DNA from: Eubacteriales bacterium
GTDB lineage: Bacteria; Bacillota; Clostridia; Oscillospirales; JAAYXM01
NCBI GenBank assembly: GCA_045539475.1
Contig: JAZQFJ010000085.1
Location: 22,320 to 86,319 of the forward strand
DNA length: 64,000 nucleotides
Direction: 5' to 3'
Of this stretch, positions 26,693-37,167 are shown piece after piece. Position 1 is the first letter of the stretch. The number at the start of each line of letters is the position of its first letter. The position numbers and the translations under genes are program-made. The notes under the pieces were generated by a model. The model was not told the DNA's origin, did no database searches, and saw only the letters and a list, made by a program, of their open reading frames with translations.

Positions 26693-29413
26693 ATGAAAAA
26701 ACTAATCAGCATTTTCCTTATCCTCTGCATGATGGCAACGCTTCTGCCAACAGTCGCTTTTGCGGAAGATGGTGATACGGAAAACGTTGTTCCGATAGTG
26801 GTGGATTTTACAAAAACAACCCTTCCAACCGGCTCAGCTGCGAACACGTCTTATGAGGGAATAGTAACCCCCGGCTACGAGATAAACACCGACAAAAGTA
26901 CAACAAAAGGTGTTCGTGTAAACTTTGTTGGTAACGGTCTTAACACTATTCATGATCAAGGTTATGGTTCGCTGTCTGCAAAGAAAACCTGGCCTGGGGA
27001 AAAAGATAGTGAATATGTAAAAAACCTTATGCTAACTATAAACGTTGAGGTGGCAACTGCAGGTTATTATTCTCCGGAATTGATATATGGAACTAACTGC
27101 TACTGCGGAGATTTTGCAATATACATAAACGATCAGTATGCAGGTGAAATAACCGATGCATACAATGCGGACTCAACTGCTAAAGCAGAAGCGGATCCTA
27201 TGACGCTCAATACTATTTACCTCAAAGAAGGCAAGAACGAAATAAGCTTCAAGTGCACACTGCACAGAGGAACAAGAACCCAGTCTTATCTTCTTCTCAA
27301 CAAGCTGACGTTCACGCCTTGTGAAGAAACATTTGTCCCGGTTACGTTCACTACCTCGGCTTTTCCTGAAAGAGTAGTTGCAGGCGAGGCTGTAAACTTT
27401 GAAATTTCGGCAGATATTGATGAAAGCCAGACGAAAATTTCCGGTACATATAGCACATACAACGAAGACGGCTCAAATATGGAAACAAACCTCACCGTAG
27501 CATCGGAAAACGGCACCTTTGAGATAAACGAACAGAGCGCAAGTGTTGTAAAGGGTACATTCACTGCTACGAAAGGTGGCGCGGCAACAATAACTGCAAC
27601 GGCAAATGTTAATGGAAAGACCTATACACAGACCATCGAAACCACGGCTGTTGCGCCGATAGTAGCTACTTTTTCAAAGAACAATGCTGTATCTGGAGCA
27701 ACCAAGTACAACTACGATGCGCTTGCAGGAAGAAATTACACGGTTGTTGAGACGAAAAGCCGAGAAAAGGCGAATTTCATGATGAACAACGGTGATTATT
27801 TCCAGACGGAAATGTATTACATAGGATCCACCGGTTTAGCGTGGCCGCAACCAGGTAAGTCCGGAGAACACGGATTGTTGTTCACAATAAGCATTAATGT
27901 TGATGTGCCCGGAAATTATTCGCCTGAGTTTTTATACAAAGCTACAAACATAGGAGGAGACTTTACAGCATATATAAACGACTATGCCGCAGGTGAAATT
28001 AAGGGTTACGAAGCCGGAAATGCAACTGGAGTAAATAAGGAGACAACATTCAATACGGTTTATCTTAATGAGGGACCAAACGAGATAAGTTTCCGACTCA
28101 CAGGAACTTATCGAAGAGAAAATACGAATAAATATGAAGGAACATGGTTCTATCCACAAATACTCACCTTCACTCCTGTTGATGCAGTACCCACTCCGGT
28201 TGGCTTTACCACCACGCTTACAGAGGCAAAGGCAGGTGAGCCGGTTGAGTTTACTGTCAAGCCTGTCATGAGTGATGACTCGGATATGTATTTCGGCATA
28301 TATGATGATGCGGGTACTAAAATCACCGACAAGCCTATTTCCCTTACCACAAACGGCGGCACAATAACAAACCTCACAAGAACAACAGAGGGCGTAAGTG
28401 GTACCTTCACCGCAACAGAGGCAGGAACCGCAAAAATCACCGCCTCTACAACCATCAACGGAGCACCATGCACAGATACCTTCGACGTAATCGTCACCTC
28501 CGATGAGGATGAAGAAGTAACCCTTCCGGCAACAATCACAATGTCAGTGACAGGCACTGCGGGACAGGTTACTGTAGATGAAACTGTACAGAATAGCGCA
28601 ACGGCTACATACAACAGAAACGTAGGTGATTCCGTAACCGTAGAAGCAAAAGACATTGACGGCAAAATCTTCCGCGGTTGGCTTCGCGGCGGCGAAAATG
28701 GCACGGTAGTATGGCTTGATAATAAATATACATTTACGGCTGCAACAAATGTTGCGCTCTATGCAAAGTATACCGATGCACCGGTTGAAAACACAGAAGC
28801 AAAAGAGTATTATGATTGGAACGGCGAATTCCTCGCATATGACTCGTATGACAGCGCAAATCTTTCAAAATACGGCTTTAAGTTCGATAAATGGCTCTCT
28901 AATGTGGTTGAAAACATTACAAGATATGTGGCGGATTATGTAGCAGCTGATAAAAAGTATACCATAACAAAACCAGACGGCTCAAAGCTTGAGAATGTTG
29001 CACATGAAAGCTCGGTAACATTGACGAACCAGACTGCTGTTTCGTGGTATGTCAATGGCAGCCTCGTGGCTTACGGCGAAAACTACACCTTCTATGCAAC
29101 AGAAGATGCAATAGTAACAATTGACAATAAGGTGCAGGAAGGTCCGATTGTAAACCTTACTAACCCTGACGGAGATACCTACATCCTTGAATACAACGCA
29201 AACGGCAAAACTGTCATCGAAAAGGGTATTATCTTCGGTGAGGGTACACCATCAGTCACAAGCTGTTCTTATAAGGTCATTTCCCAGAGGAATGATGCTT
29301 TCGGAAAGCTTATGGCAGAAAATGACGGAAATTGTGCAAAAGTCCGCGGATATATAATCTATAAAGACGGAAATACCCACAGAGTGGTATATGCCGACAT
29401 AGCAGCACAGTAA
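26693..29413 (+). CDS. secreted multidomain CBM-like/Ig-like protein, paralogue of the giant enzyme N-terminus
   Basis: 906 aa. Signal peptide. CBM-like modules at aa 33-209 and 322-495. Ig-like spacers. The C-terminal FRGW...LYAKY repeat resembles Listeria-Bacteroides (InlB B) repeats. No SLH or sortase signal. Confidence 0.8.
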   Translation: MKKLISIFLILCMMATLLPTVAFAEDGDTENVVPIVVDFTKTTLPTGSAANTSYEGIVTPGYEINTDKSTTKGVRVNFVGNGLNTIHDQGYGSLSAKKTWPGEKDSEYVKNLMLTINVEVATAGYYSPELIYGTNCYCGDFAIYINDQYAGEITDAYNADSTAKAEADPMTLNTIYLKEGKNEISFKCTLHRGTRTQSYLLLNKLTFTPCEETFVPVTFTTSAFPERVVAGEAVNFEISADIDESQTKISGTYSTYNEDGSNMETNLTVASENGTFEINEQSASVVKGTFTATKGGAATITATANVNGKTYTQTIETTAVAPIVATFSKNNAVSGATKYNYDALAGRNYTVVETKSREKANFMMNNGDYFQTEMYYIGSTGLAWPQPGKSGEHGLLFTISINVDVPGNYSPEFLYKATNIGGDFTAYINDYAAGEIKGYEAGNATGVNKETTFNTVYLNEGPNEISFRLTGTYRRENTNKYEGTWFYPQILTFTPVDAVPTPVGFTTTLTEAKAGEPVEFTVKPVMSDDSDMYFGIYDDAGTKITDKPISLTTNGGTITNLTRTTEGVSGTFTATEAGTAKITASTTINGAPCTDTFDVIVTSDEDEEVTLPATITMSVTGTAGQVTVDETVQNSATATYNRNVGDSVTVEAKDIDGKIFRGWLRGGENGTVVWLDNKYTFTAATNVALYAKYTDAPVENTEAKEYYDWNGEFLAYDSYDSANLSKYGFKFDKWLSNVVENITRYVADYVAADKKYTITKPDGSKLENVAHESSVTLTNQTAVSWYVNGSLVAYGENYTFYATEDAIVTIDNKVQEGPIVNLTNPDGDTYILEYNANGKTVIEKGIIFGEGTPSVTSCSYKVISQRNDAFGKLMAENDGNCAKVRGYIIYKDGNTHRVVYADIAAQ

Positions 29414-29423
29414 TATATACGAA

Positions 29424-29461
29424 AAATGCGGCGGGGCATTATCACGCCTCGCCGCATTTTT
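29424..29461 (+). terminator. rho-independent terminator
   Basis: AAATGCGGCGGGGC / GCCTCGCCGCATTT (one mismatch) followed by a T run. Confidence 0.8.
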
Positions 29462-29489
29462 CATAACAGAAGTTAACGGGTGAAGAATC

Positions 29490-30440
29490 ATGATTAAAGT
29501 TGGTCTTATAGGTTGCGGAAAGATAAGCGCAGACCACATTTCCTCTTTTGAAAAGCTGGAGGATGCAAAAATAGTCGCAGCGTGTGACTTAAACGAAGAA
29601 AATCTTTCCGTGGTTGTTGAAAAAACAGGCGCAAAAGCATATACAGATTATAAAGAAATGCTTGAGGTAGAAAAGTTTGACCTTGCGGTTATAACCTTGC
29701 CGCATTTTCTACATTGTGAGGCAACGTGCACCGCGGCAGAACACGGTGTTAATGTGTTTATCGAAAAGCCGATGGGAATGAATGTTTCCGAATGCGAAAA
29801 GATGATTGATGTATGCGAGAAAAACAATGTTATGCTGTGGGTGGGAGACCCTCAGCGTTATCACGGCGGAAATATTGTCGCAAAAGAGCTTATAAACTCG
29901 GGAGAGTATGGCTCTCTTATTGCAATCTCTGAAACTCGCTGTACAAACTATTTCGCGGACTGGCGTCCGAAATGGTTTTTAAATAAGAAAACAAGCGGTG
30001 GCGGGATTCTTATGAATCTCGGTGCCCATACGATAGATAGAATAAAATACCTTACCGACAGTGACATTTGTGATCTCCATGGTAAAATACATATCCGCGA
30101 CGGCTATGACGTAGAAGATACGGCACAGGTGTTCGGCGTTACCGAAAGCGGAGTTTCAGTTACAATGAACCTTGCGGGAAATGCCGAAAGCGGACATTAC
30201 GCAACGTATCTCTACCTCACGGGCGGAGAAATCCGCATAACTTCATATTGCTCGCGCGTTTCTGCGTGCAAGGCGGGCGGAGTGTTTAAGTATTTTGACG
30301 TACCGCAGACACCTGTCATGCATGCACAGATTGCAGATGTAGTACGCACCCTGAAATCCGGTAAAAAACCGACGGTCAGCGGGGAATACGGGAAAGAAAT
30401 AATTCGTGTAGTTGAGCATGTTTATGATATGAATGTATAG
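29490..30440 (+). CDS. Gfo/Idh/MocA family oxidoreductase
   Basis: GLIGCGKIS Rossmann motif. 316 aa. Confidence 0.85.
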   Translation: MIKVGLIGCGKISADHISSFEKLEDAKIVAACDLNEENLSVVVEKTGAKAYTDYKEMLEVEKFDLAVITLPHFLHCEATCTAAEHGVNVFIEKPMGMNVSECEKMIDVCEKNNVMLWVGDPQRYHGGNIVAKELINSGEYGSLIAISETRCTNYFADWRPKWFLNKKTSGGGILMNLGAHTIDRIKYLTDSDICDLHGKIHIRDGYDVEDTAQVFGVTESGVSVTMNLAGNAESGHYATYLYLTGGEIRITSYCSRVSACKAGGVFKYFDVPQTPVMHAQIADVVRTLKSGKKPTVSGEYGKEIIRVVEHVYDMNV

Positions 30441-30494
30441 TGTGAAAAAGAAGAGCTGTAATAATTAACAACGAACACAGAGAGGAAATCAAAC

Positions 30495-32477
30495 ATGACA
30501 GCATTAACCTTTGAAAAAATGACTATTCCCTCGGCAAATTTTGGGGGAGTGAGTTCACTTCCGATACTCGGGCTGAAACTTTCAGGACGAGATTTTGTAA
30601 AATTCAATTTCCCTGAAAATGAGGGGCTTTATATGAATTACGGAAAGGTTTATTGTGCGTTTCCGTATAGGGCTCAGGATATGTATGATCGCGCACTTAA
30701 TGAAAAGGAATATGAGACGGCAGTGCTCGAAAATGACAATCTCAGAGCAGTGTTTTTTCCGTCATTGGGAGGAAAGTTGTGGTCACTTATCGATAAAAAA
30801 ACAGGACGCGAACTTCTTTTTAAAAATAATGTTGTCCGTCCTTGCAACCTTGCTGTAAGAAATGCATGGACATCGGGTGGCGTTGAGTGGAATATGGGTT
30901 TCTTGGGGCACAGCCCGATGACATGCTCTCCGATAAACACAGCAAGAACTGCCCTTGCAGACGGAACTCCTGTGCTTCGTTTTTATTGGTTTGAACGCAT
31001 CCGCGCGTGCATTGCGCAAATGGATATTTTTCTTCCTGAAAAGTCCGAGGTTTTATATGTCAGAACACGCTTGACAAACCCGAATAATGATACTGTACCA
31101 ATGTATTGGTGGAGCAATATCGCAACGGTTCAGGAGCGTGGTTCTCGAGTTATAGTACCGGCTACAGAGGCATATGTTTCAAAAAAAGGAATCTATTGCA
31201 AAGAAGAAATTCCGATGTATAATGGAGTGGACGTTACATACCCGTTGAACAGCTCAACCGCCCACGACTATTTTTGGAAAACGCAGGATGATAAGCTTAA
31301 ATACATTTGCCAGCTTGATGCTGATGGCTACGGACTTGCAACAACATCAACCGACATATTGCGAGGCAGAAAACTTTTTGTATGGGGAGACACACAGGGT
31401 GGCAGGCGTTGGCAGAATTTCCTGACGCGCGACGGAGAAAGCGGAAGCTATAATGAGATTCAAGTAGGGCTTGCAAGAACACAGCTTGAAAGTCTGCCCA
31501 TGCCACCGCGCACTGTCTGGGAATGGGTGGAAACATACGGAGCAATGCAGGCAGATAAGGAGAAAGTGCATGGCGACTGGGCAGATGCACGGGCAGAAGT
31601 AGAAGCAATTTTTGCAGAGAAGATAACAAAGGAAAAACTCAATAAAATTCTTGAAGAAACGCAAGAGATGGCAAAAAAGTGTGCTGAAACGGTAACTTTA
31701 CACGATGGCTGGGCAAGACTTGAGGAAATGCGAAGGAAAAAAACAACAGAAGGTGACCTTATGTGTCCGCATCTTGATTTCGCGGAAACGCAGGAAGAAC
31801 AGAGCGTTTGGTTAAAGCTTTTGAATGAGGGAACCGTGGGAAGCCATACTCCTGATGCCGTTCCTGTTTCCTATCAGATTCAGTCAGAATGGCTTGAATT
31901 GCTCGAGAACGCAATAGAGGATAAAGACAGGAATAATTGGTATGCATACTATCTCCTTGGAACAGCAGAAGCGGCAAAGAAAAATTGCAAAAAAGCAAAA
32001 ACATATCTTGAAAAATCATTAGAACTCACAGATTCAACTTGGGCGAATTATGCTCTTGCAACTGTCTTTGAACAGGAGGGCGATTTGGAAAGCTATGAAA
32101 AATATATGCTTAAAGCCTATGAAATGAGAAACTATGATATTTCGCTTGCAAAAGAGGTGTTTCGTTGTGTTCATAATGCAGGAAAGCCTGAAAAGAATAT
32201 AGAACTGTTTGAATGTGCGGCAGAAAACGTAAAGGCAAATACGCGCTGTTTAATTTATTATGCCTATGCGCTTGCACGTTGCGGAAGAATTGATGAGGCG
32301 GAAAAAATTATTGCAGATGAGAGAAATTGCATAGTAATTCCTGATATAAAAGAGGGCGAAACGATTACAACAGAGATTTGGGATTACATGAACGAAAGGC
32401 GTGCAGAGAGCGGACTTGAGATGCTTGAAATTCCACATGAGCTTGATTTTCGTATGTCTTATAATATCGCAAAATGA
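30495..32477 (+). CDS. uncharacterised protein with C-terminal TPR-like repeats (possibly DUF5107-like)
   Basis: 660 aa. No signal peptide. The C-terminal third is helical-repeat-like (YYLLGTAEAAKKN...YALATVFEQEGDLESYEKY). The family name is from memory only. Confidence 0.6.
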   Translation: MTALTFEKMTIPSANFGGVSSLPILGLKLSGRDFVKFNFPENEGLYMNYGKVYCAFPYRAQDMYDRALNEKEYETAVLENDNLRAVFFPSLGGKLWSLIDKKTGRELLFKNNVVRPCNLAVRNAWTSGGVEWNMGFLGHSPMTCSPINTARTALADGTPVLRFYWFERIRACIAQMDIFLPEKSEVLYVRTRLTNPNNDTVPMYWWSNIATVQERGSRVIVPATEAYVSKKGIYCKEEIPMYNGVDVTYPLNSSTAHDYFWKTQDDKLKYICQLDADGYGLATTSTDILRGRKLFVWGDTQGGRRWQNFLTRDGESGSYNEIQVGLARTQLESLPMPPRTVWEWVETYGAMQADKEKVHGDWADARAEVEAIFAEKITKEKLNKILEETQEMAKKCAETVTLHDGWARLEEMRRKKTTEGDLMCPHLDFAETQEEQSVWLKLLNEGTVGSHTPDAVPVSYQIQSEWLELLENAIEDKDRNNWYAYYLLGTAEAAKKNCKKAKTYLEKSLELTDSTWANYALATVFEQEGDLESYEKYMLKAYEMRNYDISLAKEVFRCVHNAGKPEKNIELFECAAENVKANTRCLIYYAYALARCGRIDEAEKIIADERNCIVIPDIKEGETITTEIWDYMNERRAESGLEMLEIPHELDFRMSYNIAK

Positions 32478-32499
32478 TACAATTGGAGGTGTCAGTTTT

Positions 32500-33171
32500 T
32501 TGACAGAAATATATTTTATCCGTCATGCGGAATCCACCGGTAATATGACAGGTTGCGCCTATGGTTGGTATGATGGCCTCGTAGCACCGAATGGATATGA
32601 ACAGATTAAGCGTCTTGAAAAAAGATTTGAAAATATAAAAGTGGATGCGGTGTATTCAAGCGACCTTATAAGAGCTGTAAAAACCGCCGAGGCAATACAT
32701 AAGCCAAAAGGTCTTGCTCTGAATAAAGATACGGGGCTTCGTGAAATGAATCTCGGTGCATGGGAGAACAAAAAGTGGGAAGAGCTTCCGTCTGCTTTTC
32801 CGGAAGAGCATAAGCTCTGGACAAGCGACCCGTTAAACTTCAGTGTTGAAGGCAGTGAAACTTACCGCGAGGTATATGACCGTATGCGCCGGACTTTTGA
32901 CAGAATCGTTGCCGAAAACGACGGAAAAACCGTCGCGATTGTAGCTCACGGCGTTGCACTTCGTATACTTATGTACGGCATTCTGAACAACGGTGACCTT
33001 TCGGGCATTGCCGGGTTTGGATGGGGAGACAACACATGTGTAAGTCACTTTACGGCAGATGGCGGAAAGCTGAAATCTGTTTTTGTAAATGATAATTCCC
33101 ATCTTAAGGATATGCCCGGATTTAAGAAAAGCACGACATGGGGAAGTACAAGAGAAAGCGTGTTGCTTTAG
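32500..33171 (+). CDS. histidine phosphatase family protein (phosphoglycerate mutase-like)
   Basis: IYFIRHAESTGN catalytic RHG-type motif and a distal AHG. TTG start at 32500, 8 nt after GGAGGTG. The track ORF extends upstream to 32401 inside the previous gene. Confidence 0.8.
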   Translation: MTEIYFIRHAESTGNMTGCAYGWYDGLVAPNGYEQIKRLEKRFENIKVDAVYSSDLIRAVKTAEAIHKPKGLALNKDTGLREMNLGAWENKKWEELPSAFPEEHKLWTSDPLNFSVEGSETYREVYDRMRRTFDRIVAENDGKTVAIVAHGVALRILMYGILNNGDLSGIAGFGWGDNTCVSHFTADGGKLKSVFVNDNSHLKDMPGFKKSTTWGSTRESVLL

Positions 33172-33202
33172 ATGGATAAGAGGGAATTGGAGGTAAATGT
33201 AT

Positions 33203-35248
33203 ATGAAAAGCAAAGTAAATGATATTTTATCAAAGCTTACACTTGATGAAAAAATCTCACTTCTGACGGGTGGAGATTATATGGCAACGGTCGGGCTTGA
33301 ACGTTTCGGTCTCAAACCTAAAAGAATGGCAGATGGACCTCACGGTGTGCGTAAAGATTCGGCAACCGGAGCCAACTCGCGTGAAGAAGCGGAAAGTAAC
33401 TGCACAGCTTTTCCAAATCTTTGCCTTGCTGCGGCAACATGGGATAAAGAGCTTATACATAAAATGGGCGTGGCGCTTGCGAAAGACTGTATCCACAACG
33501 ATGTTGATATGCTTTTAGGACCGGGTGTGAACATAAAGCGGCACGCCCTCTGTGGAAGGAATTTTGAGTATTTCTCGGAAGACCCCGTTCTCGCGGGAGA
33601 AATGGCGGCTGCATACATAAACGGACTCCAAGGCCTCGGGGTTGCGGCATCGCTTAAGCACTATGCCGCTAACAATCAGGAAAAATACCGCCTTACAACA
33701 AGTGTGGATGCAGATATGCGGACGCTTATGGAAATTTATCTCAAGGCGTTTGAAATCGCAATTAAAAAGTCATCTCCGGCAACCGTTATGTGTGCGTACA
33801 ACAAGATTCATTCCGTCTGGTGTTCCGAAAACAAGTTTTTGCTTACCGAAGTTCTTCGCGATTCATGGGGATATAACGGTGTTGTAGTCTCTGACTGGGG
33901 GGCTGTGCATAATTCGGCGAAGGCTGTTTCGGCAGGTCTTGATTTGCGTATGCCAAAGGGAAAAGATTTTGTAAAGGATATAAAAGAAGCTCTTGAGAAT
34001 GGCGTAATAACGGAAGAAGAAATCGAAATCTCGGCAAAAAGAATGATAGAGCTTTTGATGATGATTCCTGAAACTAATATAAGCTATGACAGAGATGAAC
34101 AGCATAAGGTTTGCCGTGAGGTTGCAGCAGAAGGAATGGTGCTTCTCAAAAACCGTGATAACACATTGCCGATAACACCTGATAAGTATAAAAAGGTTGC
34201 TATCATAGGTGAATTTGCAAAATCACCGCTGATATTTGGGCAGGGAAGTGCCGAGGTTCATGTTTCCGATGATTATATCGATTCACCGATTGATGAGCTT
34301 CGTAAGCTTTGCGGAGATGAAATTGAGTTTAAATATATGGAGCTTTACAAGAAAGATGCATTTTTAAAGGAAATGCTTTGGTTAAAGCATCCGGAATTCG
34401 CGAAGTTCATTGCAGACACAGATCTTGTCATTATGTTTGTGGGTGCAATGGAATCCGAGGATACTGAGAAGCTTGATCGAAGGTGCGCAGAGCTTAATCA
34501 GAACTACGAAATGTTTATCAACTTTGCACTTATGGATAATAAAAAGGTTGTTGTTGTTAATCAGTCCGGTTCTGCAATGACCTTTGACAGATGGACGAAC
34601 GACGTTGACGCCGTCGTTCAAATGTGGCTCGGCGGCGAAAGTGCAGGCGGCGCAATAGCAGATGTTTTGTGCGGCATCGTTAACCCGTCGGGAAAGCTTT
34701 CCGAAACATTTCCGAAGAAAATAAGAGCTGATATCGAGTTTCCGGGAAATGACCTTACCGTAGAGTATAACGAGCGTATCTTTGTTGGATACAGATATTA
34801 TGATATGCATCCGGAAGAAATCGTATATCCTTTCGGCTATGGACTGTCATATACCACATTTGAGTACAGCAATATAGAAGTTTCGGAAAAGGATAATTCT
34901 CTGGAAATCACATTTGACATAAAAAATACAGGCGATATAGACGGCGCTGAAGTTGCGCAGGTGTATGTCGGGGACCCTGTATCTACGGTCAAGCGTCCGG
35001 TGAAGGAATTAAAAGCATTTGAAAAAGTTTTCCTGAAAGCCGGCGAAAGAAAATCAGTAGCGCTTAATGTGGATATAAAGGATATAGGCTATTATAATGT
35101 AATTTTAAAAAACTGGATAACAGAACCGGGAAAATATGTAATATATGTCGGTTCATCCTCAAGAGACATCCGCCTTAAAAAGTCAATTATTCTCCGAAAT
35201 GATGTTCCTTATACAATCGCGCCGACCGGCGAGGATATGATAGGATAA
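33203..35248 (+). CDS. GH3 beta-glucosidase/beta-hexosaminidase-type glycoside hydrolase
   Basis: LKHYAANNQE and VVSDWGA (nucleophile Asp) motifs, plus a C-terminal FnIII-like domain. ATG 33203 has better RBS spacing than 33197. Confidence 0.9.
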   Translation: MKSKVNDILSKLTLDEKISLLTGGDYMATVGLERFGLKPKRMADGPHGVRKDSATGANSREEAESNCTAFPNLCLAAATWDKELIHKMGVALAKDCIHNDVDMLLGPGVNIKRHALCGRNFEYFSEDPVLAGEMAAAYINGLQGLGVAASLKHYAANNQEKYRLTTSVDADMRTLMEIYLKAFEIAIKKSSPATVMCAYNKIHSVWCSENKFLLTEVLRDSWGYNGVVVSDWGAVHNSAKAVSAGLDLRMPKGKDFVKDIKEALENGVITEEEIEISAKRMIELLMMIPETNISYDRDEQHKVCREVAAEGMVLLKNRDNTLPITPDKYKKVAIIGEFAKSPLIFGQGSAEVHVSDDYIDSPIDELRKLCGDEIEFKYMELYKKDAFLKEMLWLKHPEFAKFIADTDLVIMFVGAMESEDTEKLDRRCAELNQNYEMFINFALMDNKKVVVVNQSGSAMTFDRWTNDVDAVVQMWLGGESAGGAIADVLCGIVNPSGKLSETFPKKIRADIEFPGNDLTVEYNERIFVGYRYYDMHPEEIVYPFGYGLSYTTFEYSNIEVSEKDNSLEITFDIKNTGDIDGAEVAQVYVGDPVSTVKRPVKELKAFEKVFLKAGERKSVALNVDIKDIGYYNVILKNWITEPGKYVIYVGSSSRDIRLKKSIILRNDVPYTIAPTGEDMIG

Positions 35249-35281
35249 AAAGTTGTTTCTTGTTAAGAAAGGAAAAGAAAA

Positions 35282-37156
35282 ATGAAGCTCGAAAATATGT
35301 TTTTTGAAGTCAGATATGTTGATGCAAAGGGAGAAGCTTTTGAGATTTCTTCAAAATCACAAATAAATTCAGAAACCGATAAGTATGCAAAAAAGTATGC
35401 TGAAAAAGTGATTTCCGGCTGCTCGTCCGATGGTGAACTTGTAAGTGTAAATCTTAACTTGTCCGTGCCTGAAAGCATCCGTGAAAAGCTTGGTGAGCAT
35501 TTTTGCGATAACGAAGAGTGCTATGCAGTAGAAATCACGACGGATGAGGTAAATCTTTATGCATTGTCGGATAACGGACTTACTTACGCCGTATCAACGC
35601 TTCTTCAGCTTATTGAAAGCGGAAATGTTCGTGAAATGCTTCTGTTTGACTATCCTGATAAGAAGGTGCGCGGATATCGTGTATATACTCCGGGGCGTGA
35701 GAGCTTTGAAGCCTTCCGCAATGTAGTTGATATGCTTGTATACTATAAGTATAATGCAATAATGCTTGAAGTTGGTGGTGCGATGGAATATAAACGCCAT
35801 CCCGAGATAAACGAAAAATGGGTGGAGTTCTGCAAGGAAGTAAACAAAACTCCGTATGAGGCAGAGCGAATCCAGAAAAAGACGCATCCCGAGTGGCAGA
35901 AGAACTCAATTCATGCAGATAATGGCAATGGATCATTTATAACGCAGGCTGAAATGCGCGAGCTTATAGCATATTGCCGCGAGCGCGGGCTTCGCGTCAT
36001 GCCGGAGGTTCCGTCGCTTTCTCACTGTGATTATATCGTTATGGCGCATCCTGACATCAAAGAGCGCGCTGAGGATACATATCCCGATACATACTGCCCG
36101 TCAAATCCGAAGTCATACGAGCTTGTATTTGATATTCTCGATGAGGTAATCGACGTTTTTGAGCCGGAGTATGTAAACATCGGCCACGATGAATGTTACA
36201 CTCTCGCAAAATGCCCTCTTTGCCGAGATAAGGACCCGGTGGATTTGTACGTTGGAGATATCGAAAAGATAAATAATTACCTGAAAGCTAAAGGCATAAA
36301 AAGTATTATGTGGGCAGAAAAATTCTTTGATAATATCTATCTGCCTGAACCGGATGGTTCAATCCACGGTTACGGCGGAACAGGAGATCCGGCGTGGGAT
36401 GTACCGAGGTGTATCGACTGTGTCGGAAAGGTACCGAAAGATATATTGCTGTTCCATTGGTATTGGTCACTTTGTACGGGAAAGGAAGAAAAGGATATCC
36501 GTGACCTCGGATATAAGATGCTTTTCGGGAATTTCCAGGCTACATCGCTTAAGAACTATCGTGAAAGAAGTAATGACATAGAAGGTGCCTTTATCAGCAA
36601 CTGGGGGTCGTTTGAACCGCAGTATATGCAGCGTAATGCGCAGAACTACAACCTGACGTCAACTGCATATATTCTTTGGAACAGTGAATATGATTCGGAT
36701 ATGATGGATATGGTTGTTGATAAGGTAAAGGATGAGCTTTATCGAAGACACAAAAAAACACTCGGTAATGATATTATCGAGCTTGTCCATACGACGGACC
36801 ATAACAGACCGTACAAGGTATTCTATGACGGTTTCTATATTGTTCCTGAGGATTGGGAAATCGGAAAGCATATTGTTACATATACCGACGGAACAACGGC
36901 AGAGCTTCCTGTAATATTTGGGTATAATATTCGCTCAAGCTCGGAAAAAATCAGTGTAGACAGCGGCTCAACCGAAGCAAAATCAACAGCGTATGTAGAA
37001 ACTTTGGGTGCATCTATTCCTGTTGTCATTGACAGAAAAGCATATTACAAAACAGCATATAAAAACCCCTATCCGGAAAAAACAATAGAAAAAATAGAGT
37101 GCATTGCATATGACGGCATAAACATAGAAGCAAGCTATGATCTTGCCGTGAAATGA
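35282..37156 (+). CDS. GH20-like glycoside hydrolase
   Basis: 624 aa. TIM-barrel region YNAIMLEVGG...PEVPSLSHCDY...NIGHDECY resembles the GH20 catalytic core. Confidence 0.6.
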   Translation: MKLENMFFEVRYVDAKGEAFEISSKSQINSETDKYAKKYAEKVISGCSSDGELVSVNLNLSVPESIREKLGEHFCDNEECYAVEITTDEVNLYALSDNGLTYAVSTLLQLIESGNVREMLLFDYPDKKVRGYRVYTPGRESFEAFRNVVDMLVYYKYNAIMLEVGGAMEYKRHPEINEKWVEFCKEVNKTPYEAERIQKKTHPEWQKNSIHADNGNGSFITQAEMRELIAYCRERGLRVMPEVPSLSHCDYIVMAHPDIKERAEDTYPDTYCPSNPKSYELVFDILDEVIDVFEPEYVNIGHDECYTLAKCPLCRDKDPVDLYVGDIEKINNYLKAKGIKSIMWAEKFFDNIYLPEPDGSIHGYGGTGDPAWDVPRCIDCVGKVPKDILLFHWYWSLCTGKEEKDIRDLGYKMLFGNFQATSLKNYRERSNDIEGAFISNWGSFEPQYMQRNAQNYNLTSTAYILWNSEYDSDMMDMVVDKVKDELYRRHKKTLGNDIIELVHTTDHNRPYKVFYDGFYIVPEDWEIGKHIVTYTDGTTAELPVIFGYNIRSSSEKISVDSGSTEAKSTAYVETLGASIPVVIDRKAYYKTAYKNPYPEKTIEKIECIAYDGINIEASYDLAVK

Positions 37157-37167
37157 GGAAAAAAGAA

